Assembly (NCBI GenBank): GCA_028534125.1 | Contig: CM052817.1 | Span: 35,280,001 to 35,344,000, forward strand | From: Lama glama | Taxonomy: Eukaryota | DNA: 64,000 bases | Direction: 5' to 3' | Shown here: one piece after another, positions 24,501 through 33,600 of the stretch | Layout: each line of letters opens with the position of its first letter | Position numbering within the stretch: the stretch's first letter is position 1 | Translations under genes and position numbers: made by a program | Notes under the pieces: model-generated | Told to the model about the DNA's origin: nothing | What the model saw: the letters and a program-made list of their open reading frames with translations, nothing else | The model's database searches: none

Positions 24501-27500
24501 CATGGTAACTTTGGAATTAACCTTTTTAAATAAAAATTCTATGAACTTCTCTCTTTGCATTTAACTTAGCAAGAAATTCTTCAATAATAAATTCCTAACA
24601 CTATTTTATGTTCAAATGATCCCCCAAATTATTATAAATCACATAGCTAATACAATCAAGAATTTCAATTTCTTTTCAAACCTTGTACCAAAATATTCCT
24701 AACTCTTAAACTCATTTTTCATCTGTCCAATTGCTTAAGTGTTCTAACTTTAGTGCACTTGAATGCTCGAAGACTAATTTATTTTAGATGATGTCATATA
24801 ATGATTCCTATGTTCTTTTATTTAAGAATTATTTGAAGGTCGTACCAAAAACTCAAGAACTTTGAGCATCAAAAGAAAAGCACATGAAGATGGTAAGAGT
24901 CTGAGAAATGCCAAGTTTTTCCATATTGAGAAAAATTTCTGTAGCTTTTTCCTGATAACAGAGACATTTATTGCTGTCCTTGACAAATTAGACTTTACTG
25001 TTTATGAGCTGTGTGAAAGCCAAAAATGCTGAAAAATGATTTCTTTCCTAGTTCATTAAGATTGAAAAGTAACAAAGTAAATGGAAACTTTCCCAGATCA
25101 GAAATTTCTGCACAACTATCCATTTATCATGAGCCTTTAATTTACACTTTTCAGAGACTGCTATCAGAAGACTAGGATGTAAAAGGAAAAATCCCCACAA
25201 GCTAGTAAGTTCTGAATTTGGTTTTCTCCAAAGGTAGTTAGCAATGGGTGTAACATTTTAATAATTCTAGAAATAAGCCAAACTCAGAAGCCAACTAATT
25301 ATATGAGCTGAAATTCTCAACTGACCCATTATAAGCATCAGAAAAGGTAATATAATGTAGCATAAAGAAAAATGTAGAATATAAGAAAAAACACTCAACT
25401 CAGAAATCAGAAAACCTGAGTTCTAGTCTCTCACTGACCCAAAAAACTCAACACGCAGCATCTTGACTGCATCTCTCTGGATCTCTAAGATAATCCAACT
25501 TTAGCATTTTATAGATCTATAATATAATTTATCAAATTGTTTTGTATTCACATCAATAGTTGAAGAGCTCAACTTTTACAAAGTGAAGACACCTGTGTAA
25601 CCACCATTCAACTCAAGAACTGAAACATAACCAGCACCCTCGTGGCCTCCCAGTCATTAATCATCCTTCTGGCCCCCATAAAGGTTATCCATATTCTGAC
25701 TTCTGTCACCACAGATTAGCTTTAGAATCATACAATGTTTTTTTTCTTTAGCATGTACTTTTTAATGTCAAGATTCTTTCACATAGCATTGTAAGATTCA
25801 TCCATGATTTTACTTGTAGAAGGATTCGTTCTTTTTTTATTGCTGTAGAATATTCCATTATAGGAACATACATCCTTTATCCACTCCACTGCTGGACATT
25901 TCCTATGCTTCCAGATTGGGGCCACGATGAATAATGCTGCTATAAAAATTCTTGTGCATGTCTTCCAATAAACATATGTATGCATCTTTGTTGAGTAGAC
26001 ACCCAGGAGTGGGATGCTGGGTCATGGGGTATGCATATATTCAGCTACTGTTCTAAGCACTTTACATATATTAATGCATTTAATCTCCACCACAACTCTT
26101 TGAGATACATGCTGTCATTATCCTCAGTTTAAAAAGGAGGAAATAGAGGCATTAAGAAGTCTATGCTGTCAAAACAGTTGCTCCAGTGCCTCTATGTGAG
26201 AGGCAGGGACCACATCAGCCCTGTGTGGTACAGAATTCCTAGTGTCTACCACGGCACCTTGCACATACACAGCAGGAGCTCAACAGATCTTTTTTGAGTT
26301 AAGTATTAGAGAATAGCAGGAATCCACTGCCCCTCAACCCTACCTGACAACCCTTATATCTCAAGTGAGCTGAAAAATTTTCTCCATTTTTGGACACTAA
26401 TTACAAATGAGTTGCCCCATCTTTGCTTTGTCTTAATGCTCTTTATTATCTATGCCACTGCAAAGGGAAATTGCTACAGATTAATCACAAAAATGATCAC
26501 TCCCAATCCACTGACTCTGTGCACTGGACCTTTAAATATATAAGTATAGCCCAGCAGGTGAGAAAACAGACTCAGAAATTAGAAGACTTCCCCAGGATCA
26601 AACTGATGTTACTAGGAATCTTGGCACTAGATTTCAAGTCCTATGTGAAAGAGCTGTTCCCAGTACTGACCAGAATGACAAAGCAGGAGTACTTTGAGAC
26701 TCTTGGGGATAAGTCACTTTTCCAACCAAGGGAATGTAAAACACTATAGGAATGTAACATGTTTGGTCATTATTTCTAAGAGATAAAAGTCCAAAAAGTT
26801 AACCCCAGCCTTAATTTAGCAACTCAAAGCAAGTTCTCTGATAAGCTACTCATGTGTTCTCTAACAAACTAAATGAAGATCACTGGGAACTAATTCCATA
26901 GGTTGGTGAGTCTCACAACTGCTTTCCTGTGATAATTTTATATACTCTGTTTGCAGAACCAGAGTCTGTGTCTCCCAAGAAAACTGCTCCTGAGATCACT
27001 GCAAATCGGTTTCCTCAAAGAACAACAGAACCAAAAGATTCTACAGGATGTTTTTGCAGACAGGAAACCCCCTACATGACCCGACTTCATCAGGTAAATC
27101 TCATAAATTTTTAGAAGAGGTATGAAAATGGTTATCAGTTAGTTGTAGGGTTCAGTTCCTCACCCAAGGAAGTGATAATTCACTGAAGGACATTTTCATC
27201 TCCTAACTAACCAAGGAAAGGCTAACTAGTTGGTTCATGGGATAAATCTATGAAAATTTAGTAATTCATTTTAGGGAGTCTTCAAATACATCCATGTCAT
27301 TCTAGTCTCCATAAAATGTCACTGTGGTTTAAAGATGAAGATTTCTGATCTAGGGAGGGTGGGTGGTGTGGTTTGTCCAGAATCCTGCAAACCACTGAAC
27401 TAATGTTTTCTGGACAGAAAAACCACTTGGTGATTATATGAATCTGGTGTGAACAAGCCCGCACACACAGCTCACAGCTGAATACGACAACTAGTTAGTT

Positions 27501-29791
27501 TAAAACTGAAAATTCCTCCTGACAGAAAGTAGAGCTATGGAATAAACTTGCAAATAGCCAGACTACTAAAAAGAAGTACTACTGGGTGAGCCCATCTGGA
27601 TTAATTGTCCAGTGCATGACTGTATAGCAACTGATTTGCTTTCATATATAAAATACATATTACAATTTTCAGCTACTCTGTTATCCCTAAGACTAAATTT
27701 GTTTAGGTCAGATTATGGCTAAGATAAAGACAGAACCAAATACAATGCAAAAGTGATAGAAATTTCATCTTCTAGAGCCCATGTTTAGGAAGATAATGTA
27801 TAAGTGATAAATTCTTTCATCAAAAAGGGAGGGGAAATCAACAGAATCTTGTTGTTTTAAAACTAACCATTGAGTGGATTGGGTTAAGGCGGTAAAGAGT
27901 CTTCTGCAAAGGACCACCACTTGACAGTACACTGTATATAACTGTATTAAGTTATGACAACCTATCTAGGCTTCCAGTTTTGACCGTCCTTCATTCAATG
28001 CCATATAAAAACATTATTTCTTAATCTTTGATCCCTACCTACCGGTTTAGAGTAGCAGAAGATTTTATCTTCCAGACATAAGGAAGTTTAATGTTCTTAG
28101 AATCAGAATCTGTTCCCCTAAAGGGTGAGGACTTTTGCTAATTTTACAGTTTTGAACTGGAAAAGATTATGAGCAAGAACCAGACCTCTCAGTGAACCTT
28201 AATGATTCTATGTCTACACAAGGAAAATCTGTTTTCCATTAATATCTTTGTTCCCCCAAAGCTACCTATTTCTTGCCATTGTTACTGAAAATATCACAAG
28301 GTCAATTTTCAGTACCACAGTTTAACAAATAGTTGTTTGGTCAAATAAGCAGCCTGATAGAATCCATTTAATTTTCTCTATTCATAAAGTAATCACATTT
28401 TTATTTTATTTTATTGCCTTTAGCTTGTAATTCTTTCACTTAAAAGCAACTGTAGGAAAGTGTATGTAACTAGGAATAAAGTTGTATTCATTAAAAAAAG
28501 AAACAAACAAAAAAACCCCCAAAAATCATCCCTTTTCTTCATGCACACATTTAAAGAAGAGAGCTTAGGATGAACTTTTGAGTTATTTAGCTAAAAAATA
28601 AATAGTTAAGCAAAAACACTACTTCTATTTTACGTTTGGTGAGGGAAAGCTAATCATATGGAATGCATACTTATCGCTCCCATACTGCTGCTAAGTGTTA
28701 CTGCCAAGTTTCTTAACTGTTCTAGAAGTTGTTGCTGAGATATTGCCTTATAGAAATTTTGTAATACGTTCACTGATAAATGTTAAACCTAGGTTTATAT
28801 TCCTTAATCAGAGTGTTTATATCAACCTATAGTTAGTAAGAATTGGAAAGATCACAGAAGCAAAGTTACTTTTTAACTCAAAGGGATCTATGAGTTTTTC
28901 AAAATCAATGTGTATCTTGCCATATAAGAACTGCCCTCCTCTTTCTTGTAAAGAAGCAAGTTATTTTAGCGTTTTCTTACTGCCAGCCTTTTTATTCACT
29001 GTCTAAAACGTTTACCAATGAATCTTTTGCACATGCACTATTCCTTGTGATTGGATTGTTCTCAGTTAATTCAAATGAGAGCTGTAGCGGGTAGTTCCTC
29101 TTGAACACCAACTAACCCTGTTTTCCCGGGTTTGAATCCCTAAGTTCCCATAGCTGCGGCAACGTTCAAATACACAATCTGCTCTATAGCTCTGCCCTGG
29201 CAAACAAAAGCTTGTGGTGGTTGGAGGCTCCGCGCGAAACCTGAGGGTCTTGTAGGTCCCGGACCAGCAGTCACTCCACACAATCCTATCAGCATCTCCA
29301 GGCTCTGGGAAATTAAAACCCGCAAGCAGCCGGGGAGGAACCCAATCGGACTAGTCCAAGAGAACAGAAGCCTTACAAACTGGTTAGACCCAAGAAGGGT
29401 ACGCAACCCTGGAAGAAAGGGGAGAGCCCTTAAAGAGCATTAAGGGTTGCGGGAAACCCAGTGAAGTCTAGGGGGACAAGGAAGCACCCGCGCAAGCCTT
29501 GACAACCTGGTGGATGCCACAAGCAGATGCCGGTCCAGGAAAGAAAGAGAGGTCCGGCCTCCGGTCCTCAGGCATCCGCGAGATCACCAACTCGGGCCTC
29601 GGGAAGAGGCTCAGGCAGAGAAGCACACGCGCCGCCATCCCCACCCCTCGCCCAGCTGCTCACCGGTGCTGCAGCCCCACGAGTCCCAGAGTGATCACAT
29701 GCGGTACATCCAGCTGCGTGGGCCACTCTCCTGAGGCGATGCACCCAAACACGCCACATTCCTCTCGGATCCCCGACTCTTCCAGTTCCAT
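388..29791 (-). CDS. PPAT: Amidophosphoribosyltransferase (GPAT), coding exons 1-8; the 3' part lies outside the window
   Basis: GT-AG exons joined in frame: 29791-29664, 7927-7861, 4101-3895, 2583-2471, 2367-2222, 1681-1609, 1087-936, 515-388. The translation begins [16 protein letters not shown] (propeptide then the Ntn catalytic Cys) and includes [27 protein letters not shown] and [12 protein letters not shown]. Confidence 0.98.
936..1087 (-). CDS. PPAT: PPAT exon 7
   Basis: [50 protein letters not shown]. Confidence 0.95.
1609..1681 (-). CDS. PPAT: PPAT exon 6
   Basis: [25 protein letters not shown]. Confidence 0.95.
2222..2367 (-). CDS. PPAT: PPAT exon 5
   Basis: [48 protein letters not shown]. 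Confidence 0.96.
2471..2583 (-). CDS. PPAT: PPAT exon 4
   Basis: [38 protein letters not shown]. Confidence 0.95.
3660..3779 (-). mobile_element. tRNA-derived SINE (Vic-1-like)
   Basis: Reverse complement gggtatagctcagtggtagagcatgtgcttagcatgcatgaggtcctgggttcaatcccc; TSD atacagttg. Confidence 0.85.
3895..4101 (-). CDS. PPAT: PPAT exon 3
   Basis: GMGLVNHVF...[11 protein letters not shown]...[15 protein letters not shown]; donor GTAAG. Confidence 0.96.
4590..7717 (+). mobile_element. Near full-length decayed Tigger2-like (pogo/TcMar) DNA transposon in PPAT intron 2
   Basis: TIRs cagttgacccttgaacaaca / tgttgttcaagggtcaacca flanked by TA. Broken transposase remnants: a CENP-B-type HTH (~5280-5390) and DDE-region FKVLLILDN and PPNTTSLI (~6100-6230), with stops and frameshifts. 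Confidence 0.88.
7861..7927 (-). CDS. PPAT: PPAT exon 2
   Basis: [22 protein letters not shown]; acceptor CAG, donor GTATAT. Confidence 0.95.
8167..8810 (+). mobile_element. Solo ERV LTR inserted into a MIR-like SINE
   Basis: TG...CA ends with an imperfect inverted repeat (tgagtcaggaaa / tttcctgcatca), internal cataaaa and aataaa, and a tgaattctttcctgtgtgaagctaaggac U5-like segment. Confidence 0.75.
9775..10120 (-). mobile_element. L1 3'-end fragment
   Basis: T-rich tail followed by L1 3'UTR-like sequence (cttggtaaccataagtttgttttctatgtctgtgagtct). Confidence 0.75.
10247..10534. promoter_or_regulatory. Two RFX X-box-like motifs upstream of Myb/SANT exon A
   Basis: GTTTCCATAACAAC at 10247-10260 and the perfect palindrome GTTTCCTAGGAAAC at 10521-10534. 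Confidence 0.5.
10581..10962 (+). CDS. Myb/SANT chain exon A: start codon plus Myb/SANT domain 1
   Basis: Strong Kozak context caacATGG with an in-frame upstream TAG at 10527. [16 protein letters not shown]...[17 protein letters not shown]...[11 protein letters not shown]; donor AAG|GTAAAA, phase 1. Confidence 0.9.
10581..27093 (+). CDS. Multi-exon coding chain with three Myb/SANT-like (trihelix) DNA-binding domains, nested antisense in PPAT intron 1; probable N-terminal extension of PAICS
   Basis: Exons 10581-10962, 15201-15287, 17059-17493, 18597-18686, 23554-23625, 24133-24504, 24827-24892 and 26957-27093 all have GT-AG boundaries and compatible phases, giving 547 codons without a stop. 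Probable extra exon at 14252-14293. Confidence 0.85.
11351..11538 (-). mobile_element. tRNA-derived SINE (Vic-1-like)
   Basis: Same A/B-box head, (gatt)n microsatellite, TSD tctgctctatg. Confidence 0.85.
11695..12154 (+). mobile_element. Tigger1 internal-deletion derivative
   Basis: TIRs caggcatacctc / gaggtatgcct and Tigger1 subterminal gcaataaagc repeats. Confidence 0.85.
14252..14293 (+). CDS. Candidate 42-nt linker exon ([14 protein letters not shown])
   Basis: Long pyrimidine tract ending ttttcag, donor CAG|GTAACA, phase 1-1, open reading frame. Confidence 0.55.
15201..15287 (+). CDS. Myb/SANT chain linker exon B
   Basis: cttctctctttccag|...|GTAGGT, 87 nt, phase 1-1, [29 protein letters not shown]. 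Confidence 0.75.
15463..15694 (+). mobile_element. tRNA-derived SINE joined to an L1-like 3' end
   Basis: SINE head, A-run/G-run, L1-like tail, single TSD aaaatcatttcta. Confidence 0.75.
17059..17493 (+). CDS. Myb/SANT chain exon C: Myb/SANT domain 2
   Basis: [18 protein letters not shown]...[17 protein letters not shown]...[11 protein letters not shown]; 435 nt, phase 1-1. Confidence 0.9.
18597..18686 (+). CDS. Myb/SANT chain linker exon D
   Basis: cacacag|...CAG|GTAAAA, 90 nt, phase 1-1, [30 protein letters not shown]. Confidence 0.7.
21330..21840 (+). mobile_element. Old LTR, MER21-like (approximate ends)
   Basis: gatagcttcaggatgg...ggagactgagttcaatcatgtggccaatgatttaa...gagcttcctggttg pattern recalled from this family. 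Confidence 0.5.
22253..22341 (+). mobile_element. tRNA-derived SINE (Vic-1-like)
   Basis: gatatagctcagtggcagagcacatgcttagcatgcatgagatcctgtgttcaatcccc plus poly(A). Confidence 0.85.
23554..23625 (+). CDS. Myb/SANT chain linker exon E
   Basis: ttttctctttgttttttgacag|...CAG|GTAACG, 72 nt, phase 1-1, [24 protein letters not shown]. Confidence 0.75.
24133..24504 (+). CDS. Myb/SANT chain exon F: Myb/SANT domain 3
   Basis: [18 protein letters not shown]...[17 protein letters not shown]...[11 protein letters not shown]; 372 nt, phase 1-1. Confidence 0.9.
24827..24892 (+). CDS. Myb/SANT chain exon G (basic, NLS-like KRK)
   Basis: ttcttttatttaag|...ATG|GTAAGA, 66 nt, phase 1-1, [22 protein letters not shown]. 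Confidence 0.75.
25540..26045 (-). mobile_element. Old L1 3' fragment
   Basis: Degenerate ORF2 C-terminal motif [23 protein letters not shown] on the minus strand. Confidence 0.7.
26957..27093 (+). CDS. Myb/SANT chain exon H
   Basis: ctctgtttgcag|...CAG|GTAAAT, 137 nt, phase 1 to phase 0, [19 protein letters not shown]...MTRLHQ. Confidence 0.75.
29664..29791 (-). CDS. PPAT: PPAT exon 1 (coding part, 128 nt)
   Basis: [43 protein letters not shown], donor GTGAG. Confidence 0.97.
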
Positions 29792-30613
29792 GTCGCCGCC
29801 GAAAGCACGTGGAGGGACCCGCCGCGGCGGCAGGGGTCTAAGCACCAACCAGCTGCCCGCTCGGCCTGGAAGCCTCAGACACTTGCGCCAGCTGCAGCCG
29901 CTCCCTCTACGGTGGCAGGACCCTCGCTACTGCGGCGGCGCTTGCTTTCCCGAAGTAAGAGTGATTAGCTCGCCCCCCGCCCCCTGCCCCGCCCCCGCGA
30001 GCCCACCAATGAGCAAGAACGGAGGGAGAGGCTCCGCGGCTGAGGGGCGGGGTCAAGGTTCTGTGGGGGTGGAGCTAGGCCTCCACCTGTCCCTGCGGGC
30101 AGCTAATTTTTCTGCACGTGGAAATCTTCGTTATATTCCAGCACCCAAGACTGGGTGATGAGACTACAGGAGTTAAAGTCATTTCTCTACCAGAGGATGT
30201 GAACTTTGCATGTCCCCTCCGCACATACTTTCCCCCGGCCGTCACTACTTGGTATACTCCAACCTATGAACCGCTCTCGTTGCAGAGGAGGGGGCTGGTC
30301 AGCGAGCTGCCGCAGGGTGGGGAGGGGCCGCCAGTGCGCGCCACTTTTCCTTTCTGCTGGAACAGCGCCTGCACGGGGAGGGGCACGGTCCGCGTCGCTG
30401 CGCCTGCGCGGCGGGAAGCCTCGGGCAAGTCGCCTGCTCCTTGAGTCGAAGTTCCTCAAGGTCCGCAGAGACCCCCGCGGTTCCGTCGCTGAGGTGGTGC
30501 TCAACGAGGCTGCGAGGGGGCGCTCTGGGTCACGCAGCCCGCCGGGGGCGTGTCTGTGGGCCGCACCTCCCTTCCCCGCCCCGTGAGCCTCTCTGATCAC
30601 TCCTCTTTTCCAG

Positions 30614-30664
30614 AGTCCCGCCTCTGTTCCGAGCGCGGCCGCCGCCCCCAGCCCACTCCGGACA
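30614..30664 (+). CDS. In-frame 17-codon extension of PAICS exon 1 from an upstream splice acceptor (SPASVPSAAAAPSPLRT)
   Basis: Branch-like ctgat (A at 30596) plus tcctcttttccag acceptor; 51 nt with no stop, in frame with the ATG at 30665. Confidence 0.65.
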
Positions 30665-30680
30665 ATGGCGACCGCTGAGG
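30665..30680 (+). CDS. PAICS: PAICS exon 1 (coding part)
   Basis: acaATGG Kozak context, MATAE, donor GTGAGT. Confidence 0.93.
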
Positions 30681-33600
30681 GTGAGTAGAGGCGTCCCCCG
30701 GAGTCCGCCGGGGACTCCCTGCCGTCCACGGTCTTCCCTCCCGCCGCCTTGAGCTCGAGGGCTAGACGTGGACACGTGCGCGCTCTGCTGCCCCGACAGC
30801 GGCCTTCCCCGGTTTCCCTGCACCCCGCCCTTCTAGGCTGCTGGGCGGGCGGGCACGTGGCCCGGGCGTTGCCGAGCCGTGCGTTGGAAACAAAGCGCTC
30901 TCGAGCGTCCGAACTTTCCGAAACACCCCAAACTGCCTTTGGGATGGGGAAAAGGAGCAAAGGGTAATTAGAACGAGAAATGTCCAGGGGTTGGAGAGGT
31001 GCCTGGAAATCGCATTTGCAATCAATAGATATTGCAAAACAATCACAGGAACTTCTGGTGTTTACTCTTCAAACTAAAGTCTTGATTTTTCCCGTTACGT
31101 TAATAATAACCTACTATCCTAGAAAGTTAATAATTGACTCTTCTGAAAACTTTGCTATTTTCTGTCAAAATTTTGTGTGTGTTTTTCAGTCTTTTGATGC
31201 CAGTGATGGCTTTAGAGAGTTTCAAAACTACTAGGCAAAAATGTGTTCTTGCTTCACTTTGTATTTATCATATCACATATTTAAATAATCATTTTTGTCC
31301 ACGAGTGATTAGGATCCTTGGGAGAGGTCGCTTGTGATATTTTTGCTGAAAAAACGTTGGGGTTTTTTCCCCCAATACCCTATTTTAAAATTTATGGTGA
31401 ACCAAATTCCTTGTGTTGGCTGGTCAGTACATTCTCTTCCACATAGAAAAATTGAATTTAGGTAGAAAACTATAGACTAAATAAAAAGATCCTGATGATA
31501 AGTAACAGCTCCATAAAGTCAAGACGTTAGACCAGAATTTTCTTTGCCGTACCCCTAAACTTGTAGACCTCTAAAATCTTTGCTCTTCCATTCCTTCCAT
31601 GTAAAATTTTTTGGGCAGGCTAATTTTTCAGAACTGTCACGTTTATGGTTTCTCAGTAGCACTTCCTTGCCCATAAATGTTCGCTGGCAACTCAAAAGTT
31701 ATTAAAATCCAGTCTGAAGAATCTTTCATTCACATCCTGTGTACTGCTTTCTACCTCTTCAACTCTAACTTTGATTTTTCTCTCTTGTGAACCCTACCTA
31801 AGCCTACCTTCCAGTCAGGTTAATTCACCATGTTTACTCTTCTATGTTTCTTTATGCTGATTCTTCTAGCACAATGCTGCCTAGTAGGAATATAATGTGA
31901 CACTATATGTAACTGTGTTTTCTAGTAGCCACATTTTAAAATGTAAAAAGAAACAGGTGAAATGAATTTCAATGTTATTTTATTTAACCCAGTGTATCCA
32001 AAATAGTATTTCAACATGTAATCACTATAAAAAAATTTGTGATTTTTGCAGGCTTTTTCTTCACATTGAAATCCATTGTGTGTTGTGACTTAACTTACAT
32101 CTCAGTTTGGAGTAGGCACATTTCAAGTATTTCATGGTCACATGTGGCTAGTGGCTACCATATTGGACAGCACAGTCCTAGATGTTCTTAACTCTTATGT
32201 GTGGAAATTAAGTACTGAAAAGTACTTGTAAATTTCCAGTTCCATGAATTTTCTCAGTTCTCATCGATCTCTTCTGAATTCATCTGTGATTTTGTAGCAG
32301 GCATTTTGGTACTTGTAGCATATGTCTCCTATGATATTATCTTATGTTATTTCTGTCCATTAGTTGAAATTCCTGCCCTCTTTAATGATTAGGTAATAAA
32401 TACCTATCAGCTAAACTGGGAGGGAGGGGCCATTGGTACAAACTTTCTTTTTCCTTTCATCTGACCTAGGCAACATCCTTGACTTTCCCTTCCCCAGTCC
32501 ACCATATTGAATCAATTGTTATGAAAACTTTTACCTTTTAAGTATGTTGTCCTATTTCACTGCTTTTTCCTTAGACCAGGATATTTCTTCCCTGGATTGC
32601 TGCCACAGCATCCTAACTGTCCTCACAGTCTCTAGTTTTCTTCCACTTCACCTTTTCCTCATTTCATTCTCCACAAAGTAGCTATAATGATCTTTCTAAT
32701 ATAGAAACCTGTCATTTTATTGACGTGCTTAAAAGCCTGTTATTATGATAAAGTCTAAACTTAAGTCTTAACGTGGCGGCTTATGAGACCTGAAGGATGA
32801 GTAGTGAAATGGAAGGGAAGGAAACAGTGCCCCAAGCCCAGGGAAGAGCATGTCGGGAAGCCTAAGCAGGAGGGGGAAATAGAGGTTCAGTTATGAAGTT
32901 GGGGTTCTAGGAAGGGAATAGAGAAATCTTAGTTTGGAGCACTAAGCCAAGCCTGTATCTTTGAAGGACCTTCAAAACCGTATCAGTGAGTCAAGGGGGA
33001 TGGGGATTTATCCTGTAAATAAGGTACCCTGCAGTGGCAACTATCAAACTGAATTGTAACTGTTGTGTTTAATGGTTACCTTCACTAACTGGTGATATGA
33101 CCCCTGCCCAGTCCTTCAGTGTTATCTCCTGGCCTTCCTTTCTTCTCCTTAGCTGGTGCCCCTGCCCTCCCTTCCCTGCCCAACACAGTGTATACACACA
33201 CACAGTGCTCCACACATACTGAAGTTCTGTCATGTACTCTTAACCCCATGGTCTTTTTTCACCACCAGTACCTACCCCTTTCCCTCTTCTGGCTAAATTT
33301 TGATCATTCTTCACATCTCAACCTAATCCTCACTTAGTTCTAGACTTCCTTCTCTGATGTCTAGACATCAGAGGTTAGGTTAAGTGGTCCTGCTATGAAC
33401 CTGTGATCCCAAAGTCTGTGTACTTCTCACGTTATACTTGATATGATATCTTGTTAAATTTCAGCTTCCCTCAGACTCAGGTCACTTAAGAGCAGGAACT
33501 GGGTCTTATTTATTGGTACATCCCTAGTACCTGGCACATGGGCACTAAAACATGCTGAGAATGAGTCAGTATTCTGGGAGCATGAGGGGTAATTTCTCCT

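Larger units (their letters stand above)
29450..30930. promoter_or_regulatory. CpG island / PPAT-PAICS bidirectional promoter
   Basis: GC- and CpG-rich; divergent ATGs 874 nt apart; GC boxes (~29975-30052), CCAAT (30006), NRF1-like TGCGCCTGCGC (30399-30409), CACGTG E-boxes at 29806, 30115, 30773 and 30854. Confidence 0.92.

Noticed and set aside
25155..25204. Possible exon [17 protein letters not shown] with a GTAAGT donor
   Set aside because: It ends in phase 0, which is incompatible with phase-1 exon H, and has no other support.
27673..28480. Independent terminal exons for the Myb/SANT chain (27673 LLCYP*, or 28262 LPISCHCY* with AATAAA at 28475)
   Set aside because: The acceptors are weaker than the one at 30614 and such short stops arise by chance. 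They are not called as features but cannot be excluded as an alternative stand-alone 3' end.
29499..30967. Long ORFs (219 aa, 257 aa and others) over the CpG island
   Set aside because: Stop-poor GC-rich sequence with Arg/Pro/Gly-biased translations and no recognisable domain.
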